Shown here: piece after piece, positions 1 to 13,539 of the stretch | Layout: the number at the start of each line of letters is the position of its first letter | Numbering within the stretch: position 1 is the stretch's first letter | From: Octopus sinensis | Taxonomy: Eukaryota | Assembly: GCF_006345805.1 (NCBI RefSeq) | Contig: NW_021833887.1 | Location: 1-53,046 of the forward strand | Direction: 5' to 3' | Length of the DNA: 53,046 bases | Made by a program: the position numbers and the translations under genes | The notes under the pieces: model-generated | Told to the model about the DNA's origin: nothing | The model's input: only the letters and a program-made list of their open reading frames with translations | Databases searched by the model: none

Positions 1-1
1 T

Positions 2-295
2 CAGTGGTTCTCAACCGGATCCATATGACCTCTGGGGGTCCATAAATGACTTCTGGAATTATTTTATTTTGAGTTTCAATGGAAACATTTGTGCTGTGAA
101 TGTATTTATTCCAAGTAACAGCTAGGTTTCTTTCTCTAAACGTTTTACGTATTTCAATATATAACTGTGAATGTTAATTTTGAATGAAGCATCTATATAT
201 CTAGGTTTTAATCATCAAATGGCTATGGATCCCACCAGAATAAAATAGTAATCAAAGGGATCTGTAGATAGAGAAAGAATGGTCGAAAAGCACTG
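2..295. mobile_element. hAT/Charlie-like MITE
   Basis: CAGTGGTTCTCAACC (2-16) vs GGTCGAAAAGCACTG (281-295) is a 12/15 inverted match. This terminus is typical of Charlie-type hATs. The left TSD lies outside the window. Confidence 0.6.
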
Positions 296-317
296 TATTA
301 CGCATACATATTGTTTT

Positions 318-365
318 CATATGTGTTTACATATGTGTTTACATATGTGTTTACATATGTGTTTA
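318..365. repeat. 12-bp tandem repeat CATATGTGTTTA x4
   Basis: Four consecutive exact units. Confidence 0.9.
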
Positions 366-1279
366 CTACACAGTATTCATGTGTAAAAGGTAAAAGCCCC
401 CCCTGTTCTTTTTTTTTTATTTTTACCGGTTTTTTTGCGGGATGGTGGTTAGGGAAAGGAGCCCAGGAGAGAGTAAGAAGTAGAGATGGATAGACAGAAG
501 AAGAGAACTCACCCAGTAAGGGAAACAGACATGCGATCAGAGAGTAGGATAAAGTAAAAGATGGAATAAATTGTGGGAGGGAAAGCGATGGTATAATAAA
601 GAGAGGTGGAAACAAGGAATTTAGAACTCTACTAAATAGGGATAATTAGAGAGGTATCGCGATAAAATACTAATATGGAGGGAGAAAGTAAGTGACATAG
701 CATAGAGATAAAGGAAAGGCAAAGAGAATATTATAAGGAGTGTTGTATTAGGTGGATGCATAAATGGGTTGGAGAGTGACAGACTAGGAAACTTGAAACA
801 GAGAAATACGCATCAACTTGTCTGCTCGTCTTAAAATCAGATGAGACATTTTAATGTGTGTTTTATGTTGGTCAAGGAATACGTGTGTGTATGTTTGAAT
901 GCGTAGCTATATGCAGTGATATATATGTGTATGTGTGTGTATGCGTTTGTGTGACGGTATGGGTGTTTTTATATGCGACTCTGTCAATGTATGTATGAAT
1001 GTATATGCAAACAATATTCATGTTCTATAGTATAATACCCCGTTTATTGGTTGGAGGCGACATTATGCCCTCAAACAATACTTTAGTTACACTAGCTCAA
1101 CTTCACAAGATATGTCAAGCACTTTAAAACAACCTCATCTTTTCAACTTTCATTGCTTACTGCTAAGATAACTTGGTAAAGAAATAAAAATACTTGTATA
1201 AATATGCGTGTGTGTGTGCGTTTGTGTGTATATTATGTATGTATGTGTGTATTATGTATGTATGTGTGTGTATCTGTAT

Positions 1280-1440
1280 GCGTGTGCAATTGGTTTTTGC
1301 ACGGTTTCCCTTTAGAAAATGCCTTTCACAAAGTATTGATCAATCCGAAATTATGGTTGAGACTTGCGTAACACGACGCAAATTAAACTTCAAACCGGGA
1401 CCTAACAGACTTTTTGAACACACAACCATGTCTGCACCTA
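1280..1440 (-). mobile_element. Degenerate head of the tRNA-derived SINE family seen at 17664
   Basis: Reverse complement loosely resembles GGCGCAGG..TGTGTGG..GGTTCCGGGTTCA..GTAGACGGAAAC. Confidence 0.4.
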
Positions 1441-1455
1441 AGGCACCTCTATATA

Positions 1456-1494
<39 letters not shown>

Positions 1495-1635
1495 TATACG
1501 TGCGTAAAGTACATAGAGACATAAACTCTCGTTTCTAAGGAAGAAAACCTTTATAGACCAGACACATTTTAAAGAAGTATTATCCGAACCAGAATTAGAT
1601 TCCCTATGAAAGCTAATCACGCTACTGCATGTATA

Positions 1636-1675
<40 letters not shown>

Positions 1676-1914
1676 ACACACATAGATAGAGTGAGAAATT
1701 TGGGCTGAATCTCCTGTCATTTAATTTATTATTATTATTTTTTATTTCAGAACGATCTCAAAGTAGATAAGAGTATTTTCCTTGTAGATTTTAGAATGAA
1801 ACTTGGCCGAGCGTAACAAATTCCATTGGCCTATATATTGTTAGACATTTTACGCACTTTCTCCTGCTGGCTTCTTTATGCCATTAAAAATGTAAGCATC
1901 TGTCTGCCTCCGCT

Positions 1915-2020
1915 TCTACCACCACAGCCACTACCACCACAGCCACCACCACCACCACCACCCCACCACCACTACCACTAACACCACCACCACCACCACC
2001 ACCGCCACCACCACCACCAT
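1915..2020. repeat. (CCA)n microsatellite
   Basis: Direct reading. Confidence 0.9.
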
Positions 2021-3139
2021 CAAAACGTGTTCATTTACTTTTGCCACCTTTCTCTCTTGCTCTCCCTATCTCTCTGCTTAACCTCTCTGTCAGTGTCTCT
2101 TGTTCTCTTTCTCTGAGCATGTCACTATTTTGATGGAATAAGAGACAGAGGGAGAGAAGAAGGAAAAAGAGGCCGATGAAGAACAACAGAAACGAGAGAG
2201 AGAGAAAAAGAAAAAGATAGACCGATGAAGAACAACGTGTATATATATATATATATACATTGTTCTTAATATTCCCTCAAATAATTATTATTATATACAT
2301 GTATATATATATATTTTGCTAAATTTTTCTTGAGAACATTTCTTAATGGTAAGACCATAGCGGATCTATTTCTAGCATAAGGGTGTCCACATAGTGGTTT
2401 CCCTCTAATATGTATATAATACAATTTTACTGAACCTTCAGGTTTTTCTTATATGCTAGACCACTGGTGTGAAATTGATGTTAATTAAATTAATATCTAA
2501 TTTCTCACCTTCATTTTAAATTTATATATATATATATATATATGTTTCCTTCTTCACTATCTGTTACTCTTTCTTTCCCTCTATGTTGTCTTATGCTCTC
2601 TCTCCCTTCCTGACTCCCCCCTCTCTCTCTCTCTCACTTACTCTTTGATTCTCTAAATTTTGATATCTCCTAGAGTAGTAATAGTAAATATTTTAAAGAA
2701 TTGAATGGAAACACACCAAGAAAGAAGGACAGGAGAGAGAGAGAAGCAGACATGCAGAGACAGACAGTGATATAAACAGACCGAGCATGATGTTTCTTCT
2801 GCCTCCCGTCTCTCCCCCTCCACCTATCGCTGTTTAATTCTGATTGTCCATATTTACTTTGATCCTCTCCAATATAAATACAGAGACAAAGATACAGGGA
2901 GCGGGAATGAGGGAGACAGAAAGAATTAGAAAAGCGAAAAAGGAGGATAAAAAGAGTGAAACAGAGAAAAAAAAAGAGAGACTAAGAGGCGGAGGGAGAG
3001 AGTGGGAATGAGAGAGTGAGTGTTGGTGGGTGTGCTTCACACATACAATAATAAACAAACAGGCTGCAAACTGAAAAAAATAACAATAACAAATAAAATG
3101 GCGACTGTATGAATAGGGTGTTCACTTATTCGTCTTTAG

Positions 3140-3168
3140 CCTATATACATACATACATACATGCATAT

Positions 3169-3205
<37 letters not shown>

Positions 3206-3244
3206 TATTATATATATATATATGTCTGTGCGTGCGTGCATATA

Positions 3245-3291
<47 letters not shown>

Positions 3292-3298
3292 ACATATA

Positions 3299-3345
<47 letters not shown>

Positions 3346-3358
3346 GCGTGCGTGTATG

Positions 3359-3399
<41 letters not shown>

Positions 3400-3535
3400 C
3401 TATATATATATATATTTATATATAACTAACATATATCTGTGTATATGTGTATGTATATATATAATATATATATATATATGTATGCATGTGTATATATTTG
3501 TGTATGTATGTGTATGTACGTATGTTTATATATAA
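3140..3535. repeat. Compound (TA)n/(TG)n microsatellite
   Basis: Direct reading; source of spurious YI-rich ORFs. Confidence 0.9.
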
Positions 3536-3750
3536 AAACTGACGCACACACATACGCACAAACAAACAAACAACAACTAAACAAACAAAAATGATGCAGC
3601 TCTGATAACGGACAGAGTCGACGATTATTGAAAAGGTTACGAGACGCAACGAAAATTTTTGAAAAAATAAATCGAACCGGTGAGTGTGTTAAATAATAAG
3701 GCACTAAAAGAATGACTCTCCCCAGACACAGTAATTTATTTTCGTAACTT

Positions 3751-3914
3751 TCCCAACTGCTTGAGCGAGCAAATGAGTACAAGCTGCATTTATAGATTAT
3801 GAGAAGGCCTTCGATAGCGTCGAAACCAACGCAGTGCTGAACTCGCTGCAGAGGCAGGGAATCGAAGCGCAATATGTGCAGCTGCTCAGAGAGGCAAATT
3901 CCGGATGCACCACC

Positions 3915-3920
<6 letters not shown>
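3751..3920 (+). pseudogene. RTE-clade LINE reverse transcriptase fragment
   Basis: Translates as SQLLERANEYKL / AFIDYEKAFDSVETNAVLNSLQRQGIEAQYVQLLREANSGCTTDI across a frameshift; contains the IDYEKAFDSV RT motif. Confidence 0.8.
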
Positions 3921-3967
<47 letters not shown>

Positions 3968-4174
3968 ATATATATAATCCGATAGAAGGAAACAAGCTGC
4001 TCTTATAGAGATGGAAACATCGTCCAAGTTTCACTGGTTTAACTGGTTTAATACTCTATATAGTAGAAAACAATTTCTAGAATGCAAATGGGTATATATA
4101 CAATATACAAAATATTAAAAGGAAAACAGAAAGTTCAAACTCACATATGTTAATTTATTAACGTAATATTAATA

Positions 4175-4271
4175 ATCCCTACAATTGTTTCGATTCAAAC
4201 TCAAAACTAATAAGAAATTTATAAAAAGTCATATTATGGAAACATTTTGAGTAAACATTTCATCAGAGTAA
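4175..4271 (-). ncRNA. Hammerhead-like motif with extended stem II
   Basis: Minus strand reads CUGAUGA (4266-4260), ACUCAAAA/UUUUGAGU stem, GAAA-CAAUUG-UA. Stem I is degraded. Confidence 0.55.
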
Positions 4272-5188
4272 ATTAGGGCAAAAAATTACATACTAGAAGT
4301 TTGAGATCCTTACAAGACAGAATTGATCAATGTATTTTCTGTATTTAAGTGTGAGCGTCAATAACTTTGAAAAGAAATTAATAAATAAAAACTAATATAA
4401 CGGTTATAAACATATGCTTTCGGTGCGAATGGTTTTGTTATATGGTGCCGTATTTTAAAATCCTGATTGCAATCATTGTGCAATGACTAAGGAAAATAGT
4501 CTAATAACGGGGCATATAAGCCCTCGACTGAAAAAACAAGGCTAAGAATATTAATTTATGTTTCTGCGTGTTAGTGTATCAAAAGAGAAACAATTCGCTA
4601 TGAATCTATGGTGGAACGGTATTTACTTACACTTGTATGCGGTTAAGAACAAAACTTCTCTTGCACAAATATCCTCAACACGTGTTATCCTCAACACGCC
4701 TACATTAAATAGTATTATAAATTATTATTTATTGTTATCTATACTAATGTGGACGTAAGATAATTTAATCAAGAGTTACGTATGTTTACTGTTTCTATCT
4801 AAAAGAAAATAAACTATAAGTTCATGTTAATTCATATGCTTATATATATATATATATATGTCTGTGTATATATACGTTCGAAAAAACATAGAAGAACCGT
4901 AAAATGCAAATTATCCATAATAAAAACTTTCTATATACATTTTGAAAAACCCGTTATTTAATAGTTATAAACTTGTGGCAAATCTGTTTCCATAAATAAA
5001 CTTGTATGATTTATACTCATGTAAGATTTAAAATTAATACAAAAAAAAAACTAATTACTTTTTGTTAAACTGGTTAACAATTAAGTAAAATTACGATCAA
5101 TTTTACGATAAATTTATTTGTATATTACTAAATCATATATTCAAAGATTTTGTTATATATATATAGTATCTATCTATTGATCTATCTA

Positions 5189-5226
<38 letters not shown>

Positions 5227-5635
5227 CGCGCGCGTGTGTATGTAACACAGATGTTAGTTGGACACTACCATTTAAGCGTCGAATTGAATTCAATGCCAAG
5301 CTGTTCGAGATCTTAGCACTGTGAATTCAAACGTGTGTGCGTGTGTATATTTGTGTGTATGTATGTATGTATGTATGTATGTATGTATGTATGTATGCAT
5401 GTATGTATGTATTAATGTATGCATGTATGAATGTATGTATTATGTATGTAATGTGCGTATGTATGTATTATGTATATGTGTGTATGTATGCATGTATGTA
5501 TGTAGATGAGATACGACGGCAAGAATGGGTGTAAGTGTTCGTGCGTGTATGCGCGTGTGTATGTATGTATGTGTGTGAGTGCGTGCGTGTGTGCATGTAT
5601 GTGTGTGTTTGTGTGTGTGTGTGTTTTGTGTGTGT

Positions 5636-5675
<40 letters not shown>

Positions 5676-5949
5676 TGCGTGTGTGTGTGTGTGTGTGCGT
5701 GCGATGTCTGAGTTAGACGATGTGTGTAATATCCACTGTTCGCTTGTCTGAAGCTTACATAATGGATGATCGTATCAGCAGTTATCAAGAGTGTTGCCAT
5801 GTAAACCCGACTGAATTACATGTTCCCTTTTTTATGCTTTTACCACTTGTCTTCCCTCAAAACGCTCGCCATTTGATGGAGACACAAGTGTGAACATTAT
5901 ATATAAATGTGTGTGTGTGTGCGTGTGTGTATGTGAAAACGTGTCTGTG

Positions 5950-5987
<38 letters not shown>

Positions 5988-5993
5988 TAACAA

Positions 5994-6033
<40 letters not shown>

Positions 6034-6276
6034 CATAAAACATATATATATGTATGTATATATACGTGCGTGTGTGTGTGTTTTCGTGAGTGTGTACATA
6101 GATGACACGATGCTTATACATTGATATACCGTCCAACCCGATATCAGCGGCAACATGAGTGATGGTGAGAAAAGAAGCTGTTTAGAACCATCATCATGAT
6201 CAGAAATGGGAAAGGATGAGGAGAGAGGAGAAAGTGAGAGAGAGAGAGATAAAGGGAGGCCAAGAGAAAAGGAGGG

Positions 6277-6457
6277 GAAGAAGAAGAAAAAGAAGAAGAA
6301 GAAGAAGAAGAAGAAAGAAGAAGAAGAAGAGAAGAAGAAGAAGAAGAAGAAGAAGAAGAAGAAGGAAGAAGAAGAAGAAGAAGAAGAAGAAGAAGAAGAA
6401 GAAGAAGAAGAAGAAGAAGAAGAAGAAGAAGAAGAAGAAGAAGAAGAAGAAGAAGAA
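6277..6457. repeat. (GAA)n microsatellite
   Basis: Direct reading; source of poly-E/K/R/L/F ORFs. Confidence 0.95.
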
Positions 6458-6739
6458 AGAGTTCTCTGTCATGAATTCGTTTTGTCGGATAGGGATGGGG
6501 GAATACCAGTAACATTTACATCAAGTTGCTGGCTTTTAGACACACACACACACACATATATATACATACATATATATACACGCATATATACATACATGTG
6601 TGTATATGGACGTATATATAATATATGTATGTATATATGTGTATATATGTGTGTGTGTCTGTTTATGTATGTATGCATATATTGTTTTGTTCTTTTATTC
6701 TATTACATGCTTCAGCCCCAAGGCTGTGGCCATTCTGAA

Positions 6740-8200
6740 TTTTGTATTGTTTTCATATAATTTTTTTCAAGAAAGCGAATGCCAATATTAAATTTATGAT
6801 AAGCAATTTTAAAAGGTTCAGAAAACAACATTTTCAAATACTTATCCTTTGTCTCGCTAATGGACAGCAACATTTTAATTTTCCATGTAATTCTCCCTTT
6901 AAAAAATGCCATGCATTTTGCCGAGTTGAAATGAAGAAAATATATTTTCTGAGAAAGGTCATAGTTTTATAACCGTTGAAAAGATAGAGAGCACAGTGCT
7001 CTTTCAAGCGATAACTGAAGCCATCTCTCTTTCTGCCACCTGCTGTTACTCTTTTAAAGACAATCGTCTTTAAAGGTAAAAGTAAGAGGTTCAAAAACCA
7101 CAACAGACGTATCGTATTTGTAGGCAAAATATTTTATTTGGTTCTCTAAGATGTCAACACTCTATACATGTAGCCTCGTATATCACTGCTTCATTCATTA
7201 TTGATCCAGGATAACACGGTACGCCCAGTTATGAACCATGTCTTTGATAACATAGATCGGCGATCATACGAAGGTTCTGCTCGGGCAGCAGAAACAGCCG
7301 ACAATACTTAGCTTCCCAGAATGCACTTGATTATCACTCGCATTTACATGATCATGCACCGAGGCTGTGTCGTTCTTATTCGGATTTACATACTCGAACC
7401 CATCAGCATGGGACCAATGGACAGGAAAAATTTGAAGATTCCCAATTCTAACAAACGACTCAGACGAGTTGTTTCTCTGCAGGAAATGGCAGAAATGATC
7501 CAGAAAATATGTGGGTCTCGTGTTTGTTGCCAATGAACTTAGCATTCATTCCATGTACAAAGCGGGTGGAGGGGATTCATTTATTACTGAATCTTTAATC
7601 AAATAAACGGGGATAGATGTAGCAGAGAATCTGAAAATGTTCCCAAAACCAAAGAGAAATTATCTCTCGAATACTTAAAACTACAGCACAAGAGAAATTT
7701 CCCCTTTTGGTGATTGTTGTTTGAGTTTTACAACTTAATTATTCTGATACGATATCTTGCGGATGAGAACGTATTTATGCATGAAATGTAAAACCTTCTC
7801 AATGTTGGGAAATAATATTTTTTCTAATAGAAACCCATTTTTAGTTTGGAGTTCGTTAAAGAATCTGAAAATATATTTCTGGGTTGTTTCTTTATGTATT
7901 TTTGTCTTTTGCAAGACAGGCAAAATAAAAGCATTTGTTCAAACAATGCAATTGAAGGCTAGTCTACATTTCAAGTAAGAATGAAGAACCAGTGTGATAT
8001 TTAGTTAGTTTGACTTCTCTTGACATCCACAATCAACATGTATTTGCGATTCATAAGGTTCTTCAAATTTCTCTTCACTAAATAAATACGAGACTATTTT
8101 GGCCTCTAAGTTTCATTCGAAAGTCAATGACCTTAAAAGGGAAACAGCATCGAAAAGAAATCAGAATCTGAAATTCAGATTTGGGTCGTGAACTGCGCAA
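6740..8200 (-). pseudogene. Decayed Penelope-like element (RT C-terminus/linker plus GIY-YIG endonuclease remnant)
   Basis: Minus-strand peptides NEAVIYEATC (~7170-7200), FSYRLKEH (~6990-7022) and KIHKET (~7890) occur in the order expected for Penelope ORFs; many stops and frameshifts. Confidence 0.45.
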
Positions 8201-8267
8201 GTCGAAGATATAAATTCAATTTCTGAATGAACATCAAAATGTACCTTCAATTTTAGGATACGTAATG

Positions 8268-8468
8268 TTTTCATTCAGTCATTGGATTATGGCCATGCTG
8301 GGGTCCCACCTTCAAGTGTTTAGTCAAACAAATCGATACGATTATTTATTTATTAAGTCTGGTACATATTCTATTGGTCTCTTTTGCCCAACAGCTATGC
8401 TAAAGGGACGCTAAAAGACCCAACTCTGGTTGTCGAGCTGTGGGAGGTGCTGGAAATACGGACACAAA
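8268..8468 (-). mobile_element. 3' half of tRNA-derived SINE
   Basis: Reverse complement resembles the tail at 17870-18060 (CCAGCATGGCC..ATGACTGAA). Confidence 0.65.
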
Positions 8469-9163
8469 CACACATGCATATACATACATACACACATATA
8501 TATATGTATATGTATATAGAGTTTCTTTCAAGGCAAATAACACAATATTCTATGTTCTATTCGCAACGACCACATTAAGTTGGAAATCAAAATTACATTA
8601 TGGTATTAATACTGCTTCTGTCGTAATTAATTACGTTTTTTTTTAAGGTATAAGGTATATATTGAGTCTTCAAGAATAAATATTTTATCAATAGCATTAA
8701 GCTATAAGCTGGACATACGATCACGATCACATATCCCTCAGTTTTCAAGGGAAGAACATCTTAAATAATGTAGCTCTAGATACACTGTGCTTGAAAAGAA
8801 AGACTGAATGTTTACGGCTGGAATGCATTTGGTCAAAATTACGTTGGAGTAGAGTCGACCAGCAGCTAAGCTACAACAATAAAAACGAAGCCGTTTCACT
8901 TCACTTGTTGTGAGAGCAAAACAGATAAGAGCGATAACGATTTGTTTGTAAAACACAAGACTAACTGGAAATTGACACATAAATAAACGGTCTGCATTGC
9001 TCATGTTTGATATTATCTCACTGACGTTGAATTTGCAGTTAAGAATTAAAGATTAAAAGATGAGAAAAACTTAGGGCGATGTCAGCGGACCTGTTGAAAA
9101 TTGACGGTTATTTAGAATTAAATTCTGCAACTTCTTCAGAAATGAGTTACAATTAATATTGAT

Positions 9164-9723
9164 ATCAACTTTTGGCACAAAGCCAGCAATTTTGAGGGAG
9201 GGGTTAGTCGATTATATCGATCTCGGTGTTTAACTGGTACTTGATTTGTAGACCCCGGTAGGATGAAAGGCAAATTCAACCTCGGTAGAATTTGAACTCA
9301 GAACGTAAAGACCGACGAAATACCTATTTCTTTACTACCCACAAGGGGCTAAACACAGAGAAGACAAACGGATTAAGTCGATTATATCGACCCCAGTGCG
9401 TAACTGGTACTTATTTAATCGACCCCGAAAGGATGAAAGGCAAAGTCGACCTCGGCGGAATTTGAACTCAGAACGTAACGGCAGACTAAATACCTATTTC
9501 TTTTCTACCCACAAGGAGCTAAACACAGAGGGGACAAACAAGGACAGACACACGGACTAAGTCGATTACATCGACCCCAGTGCGTAACTGGTACTTATAT
9601 AATCAACCCCGAAAGGATGACAGGCAAAGTCGACCTCGGCGGAATTTGAACTCAACGTAACGGCAGACGAAATACGGCTACGCATTTTGCCCAGCGTGCT
9701 AACAGTTCTGCCAACTCGCCGCC
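9164..9723 (-). mobile_element. Triple nested tRNA-derived SINE with Nin/Deu-like central domain
   Basis: Three copies of GAGTTCAAATT (B box)..TTTGCCTTTCATCCT..GGGGT..AAGTACCAG share one A-box head ending at 9723; degenerate outer TSD 9146-9163 / 9727-9744. Confidence 0.85.
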
Positions 9724-9749
9724 TTTGTTACAGTTAATACTAATAAGGA

Positions 9750-10350
9750 GAATGGCGCTTTGTAATGTTCACGCCTATTTTCAACGAATATGGTGATATA
9801 CAACAAATGAAACAGTTGGACCGTATCGCACGATTGATACCCAGGTGAAACTAATCAAACCCTTTGTGTGTAGAAGGGTCTCACCTATGTAATAGGGCGA
9901 ATTGAAGACCTTCTGTGAACTGAGGATATCCGTGTAATTCATATACAAAAACTCTCCCAAGGGTTGTTCAAAATCTGAAAGCAATAAACAAGAGACAAGA
10001 TTCCATTGAGTTTACAAGAACGAAATTGTTTTGTGGGAGCAATGTAAACAATGAAGATTGGTGTGGATCTAGAACTCAAAATTAGCTGGTAAAAGTAATG
10101 TGCTGGAAGTCGACAGTGAGAACTGGAAGTGAATGGCATAAAGGAGAAAGTAAACTGTCAACAAATGAAGTCCATGCAAAGTTGCCCACAATCCTAATGT
10201 CGTTAACAAAAACTAATTTGAATTTAAACACAAAGAAACCTAAGTAAATACCTAAAAGGAATTTTGTCCGACACTCCAGCGATTTTGACAATCGACAGCG
10301 CCTCGAATATTGCTGATGGCATTAGCAATATTTGAAGTGAGTGACTTAGA
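9750..10350 (-). pseudogene. Very degenerate CR1/L2-like RT remnant
   Basis: Peptides KQFRSCKLNGILSLV and DILSSQKVFNSP..LLHTKG weakly echo QYGFRS..STGDLL and LDISKAFD..LLHKL. Confidence 0.3.
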
Positions 10351-11631
10351 GATTGTGATCAGAAATCAAGAGTGATATGTTTCTCCCAGGAAATACAATC
10401 ATAGCTTTTAAAATAATACGAACCTGGTGTTAGCCTTCTTCATTGAAATCTATAATCATAAAAAACTGCAGCTGTACCGATGCTGTCTTTTTTTTCTTTG
10501 TCTTTCAGACACAAGTATATCTAAGACCAAGATTTCCCAGTTCCAGCTCGTTGCCTGTCATTCAGGGAATCGATAAATGAAGTTCTGGTTTTGGGTGTTG
10601 GATTGGTACGTCAGAGCGTTAGAAGGAATCTTTTGCTGTATTTATTCTGGTACTTATTATTCTGAGTTCAAATCCTGCCGTACTCTACTTGAATGCCAAA
10701 ATTAAACTGTCTTTCGGTTTAACACCTCCGACTAGTTCTTCTGTGGCTTTAGTGTAACCCCAACGTTTTTGAAGGCATTAAAACTCTATCTCTGGTTTAA
10801 GGATACCCATTTCTCGTTAACCACGAAAACTCTGTAAAAGATCATGGGTCCTGTCCTTATCTCTTGGCAAAGCGATAAAAAATGCGTCCTTCACTTGTTT
10901 CCAAAACAGTAGAATATGATTTCAGAGATATCTAGTTGCTCTTTCTAGTAAACTAAGAGACCTGACTGAGAGACTCCCTCGAATGGTAGAAATGTTATCG
11001 CGATTCTTTTAAGAGAACTCATAAATACAGTGGCAAATCACCCTTGTACTTTTAGACCAATAAACATTCGCGAACACATCTCATCACGCACATATCATGC
11101 CAGTCAACAGTGCCACACCTGCAGGAATTGGATGGTTTATGTTTTATGTGGAAACAAACAAAATGCCTTGAAACCTTCCTTCCAAAAATCCTGACATTCG
11201 ATTTTAAAAACATATAAAAACCAAAATTAACAAAATAAATCTCGCTGTTAAATTTATTGCGTTAAACGGATATCAATAAAGGAGAATAAAAACAGAACGA
11301 ATCATGTTTGTGTGTGTGTGTATGTGTGTGTGTATGTATGTGTGTGTATGTATGTGTGTGTGTGTCTGTGCGTAAATGTATATGTATGAGTGTGTCAGTA
11401 TAAGAGCTTATGTATGTGTAGGTGTGTATGTGAGCATGTGAACATGTATTTGACCGTGTATGTGTTCGTGTCTGCATGTATATGTGTATATTTGGGACTG
11501 TTTTCGTCTGTGTGTGTGTGTGTGTGTGTGTGTGTAAACGTATGTGTAGGTGGTGTATGTACGGAAGAACGTTCTAGCGTATGTGAACGTGTGTTTGTGT
11601 ATACGGTGCGTCTTTGTTGTGTGTGTGTGTG

Positions 11632-11670
<39 letters not shown>

Positions 11671-12483
11671 GTGTGCGTGTGTGTGTGTTTCGGGGAAGAG
11701 GGCTCCGTGTGTGAGTGCAATATCGTATTTCTTTGATACTTGCTTTATAGCAACACAAAATAATGCGGTGGGTGAGAATGCTGTTGGATGGTGAGGGTCA
11801 CGTTTAGATAGGAAGGGAGGACCGAGGAAGAAGGGGGAGAACATTGCATGTTAACAGAAAGTAAGTGGAACCGAACGATTGGAACTTGTTGTTGTTGTTG
11901 TTGCTATTTTAATGGTTGTGGTAGCGTTGCTGTTATTTTGTCTTAAGTCGGACACACGATCGAGTAAATACGTTCCAGATACGACCTTTTCGCCTTTTAG
12001 TTCTGTCTACGACGGCATTATCTAATGTGTCTTTTCCTTTAAGATATTCGGGTATGATTTTGAGAAAGATTGGCTTACTCTTTCGGGAAGGTTTGCTCGA
12101 CCACGTAAACATCTCCCTTCTCGTTAGCTCGGATTACAATCTTTTATTGACATTTGGGGTCTCTAACTTTGTCTTAAACAGCTGAATGGAGACGATGAAG
12201 AATGATCTGGAGCATAAATATATATATATATCGCTCAAGATTCACTGACCGAGCAGCTTTAGAATTAAACAAACAAAATGGCCACGAATAAATGAACGCT
12301 GAATTTAGCTTCAGGTCAGAACTAGTTGACAAGACTTTTGATCAAAGATACTCCAGTCGTGACCGTCATGTCTAATATTCAAACATAGCTTATGTGGGAA
12401 TATATTATATATTCATATAGGATTTGCTCAACAAGAGCTTCGTTGGTTTCAGGTTTCAATCAGAAGTTTACTGTATTTATACC

Positions 12484-12714
12484 TATTTCTTTACTACCCA
12501 CAAGGGGCCAAACACAGAGAGGACAAACAAAGACAGATAAACGGATTAAGTCGAATACATCGACACCAGTGTGTAACTGGTACTAATTTATCGACCCCGA
12601 AAGGATAAAAGGCAAAGTCGACCTTGGCTGAATTTGAGCTCAGAACGTAACGGCAGACGAAATACGGCTACGCATTTCGCCCGGCGTGCTAACGGTTCTG
12701 CCAGCTCGCCGCCC
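12484..12714 (-). mobile_element. Full-length Nin/Deu-like tRNA SINE with TSD
   Basis: Same family as 9164. TSD TTTACTGTATTTATACC (12467-12483) / TTTACTGTAGTTATGCC (12715-12731). Confidence 0.9.
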
Positions 12715-13493
12715 TTTACTGTAGTTATGCCATTATACCGGAATGGCCAAGGATTACCTATGCAACACGACGTGAGAGCATCAAAATTTTTGCTTCCTTA
12801 CTGACATTTATATCTTCCAAATATCGATCTTAAATTAAAATGCACTGTCCAGGTTCCTCAGACACCTTATTCACTGAAATTACCATTCTTAAACGAAACA
12901 CCTTCTTTGCCAAACCTAGATTTATTAAATTGTGCACCGACGTCGGTGAACATCTTCATAAAGTTGCACGATTATTTATTCAATCATGTATGTTACCGCC
13001 ATTCGATTGAGGCTGGAAATGTATCGATGACGGCATGGGTTTGTCTACAAGTTCAAGACTGGATAAAGCGAGTGGGAGAGAGAGAGAAAGGTCGGCGTAC
13101 TTCAATCTGTCCATTATATTCTGTATTATATCGTCGGGCGTTCTGTACAATCGCTCTTTTCTTATACACTTCCGTAAGTTCTACATCTCATTCTTCATTC
13201 AGTTCAATGTATATATAACAAATATACATATAGACATCTCCCTAAACATACACACCTATACGCTCACTTACAGTCGTGTGTGAGTGTGTGTGAGCGTGTG
13301 TTTGCGTGAGTTCCTCTGTGTGTGTGTGTGTGTGAGCGTGTGTTTGCATGTGTGCCTGTGTGTATGTGTTGTGTTGTCGAAGAGGAAACATTTTGAGGTT
13401 TTTTTCCTATCTAGGATTGTTAACAAAGCAAACCATTCACATTGGCAACCTACACAACGAAAGCCAATGTCTAAATCAACCGTGATCTATATA

Positions 13494-13539
<46 letters not shown>

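Noticed and set aside
370-800. Purine-rich tract compositionally like the reverse complement of 16260-16620
   Set aside because: No alignable identity by eye
4975-5030. Minus-strand stem plus GAAAC
   Set aside because: Core has three mismatches and there is no palindromic stem III
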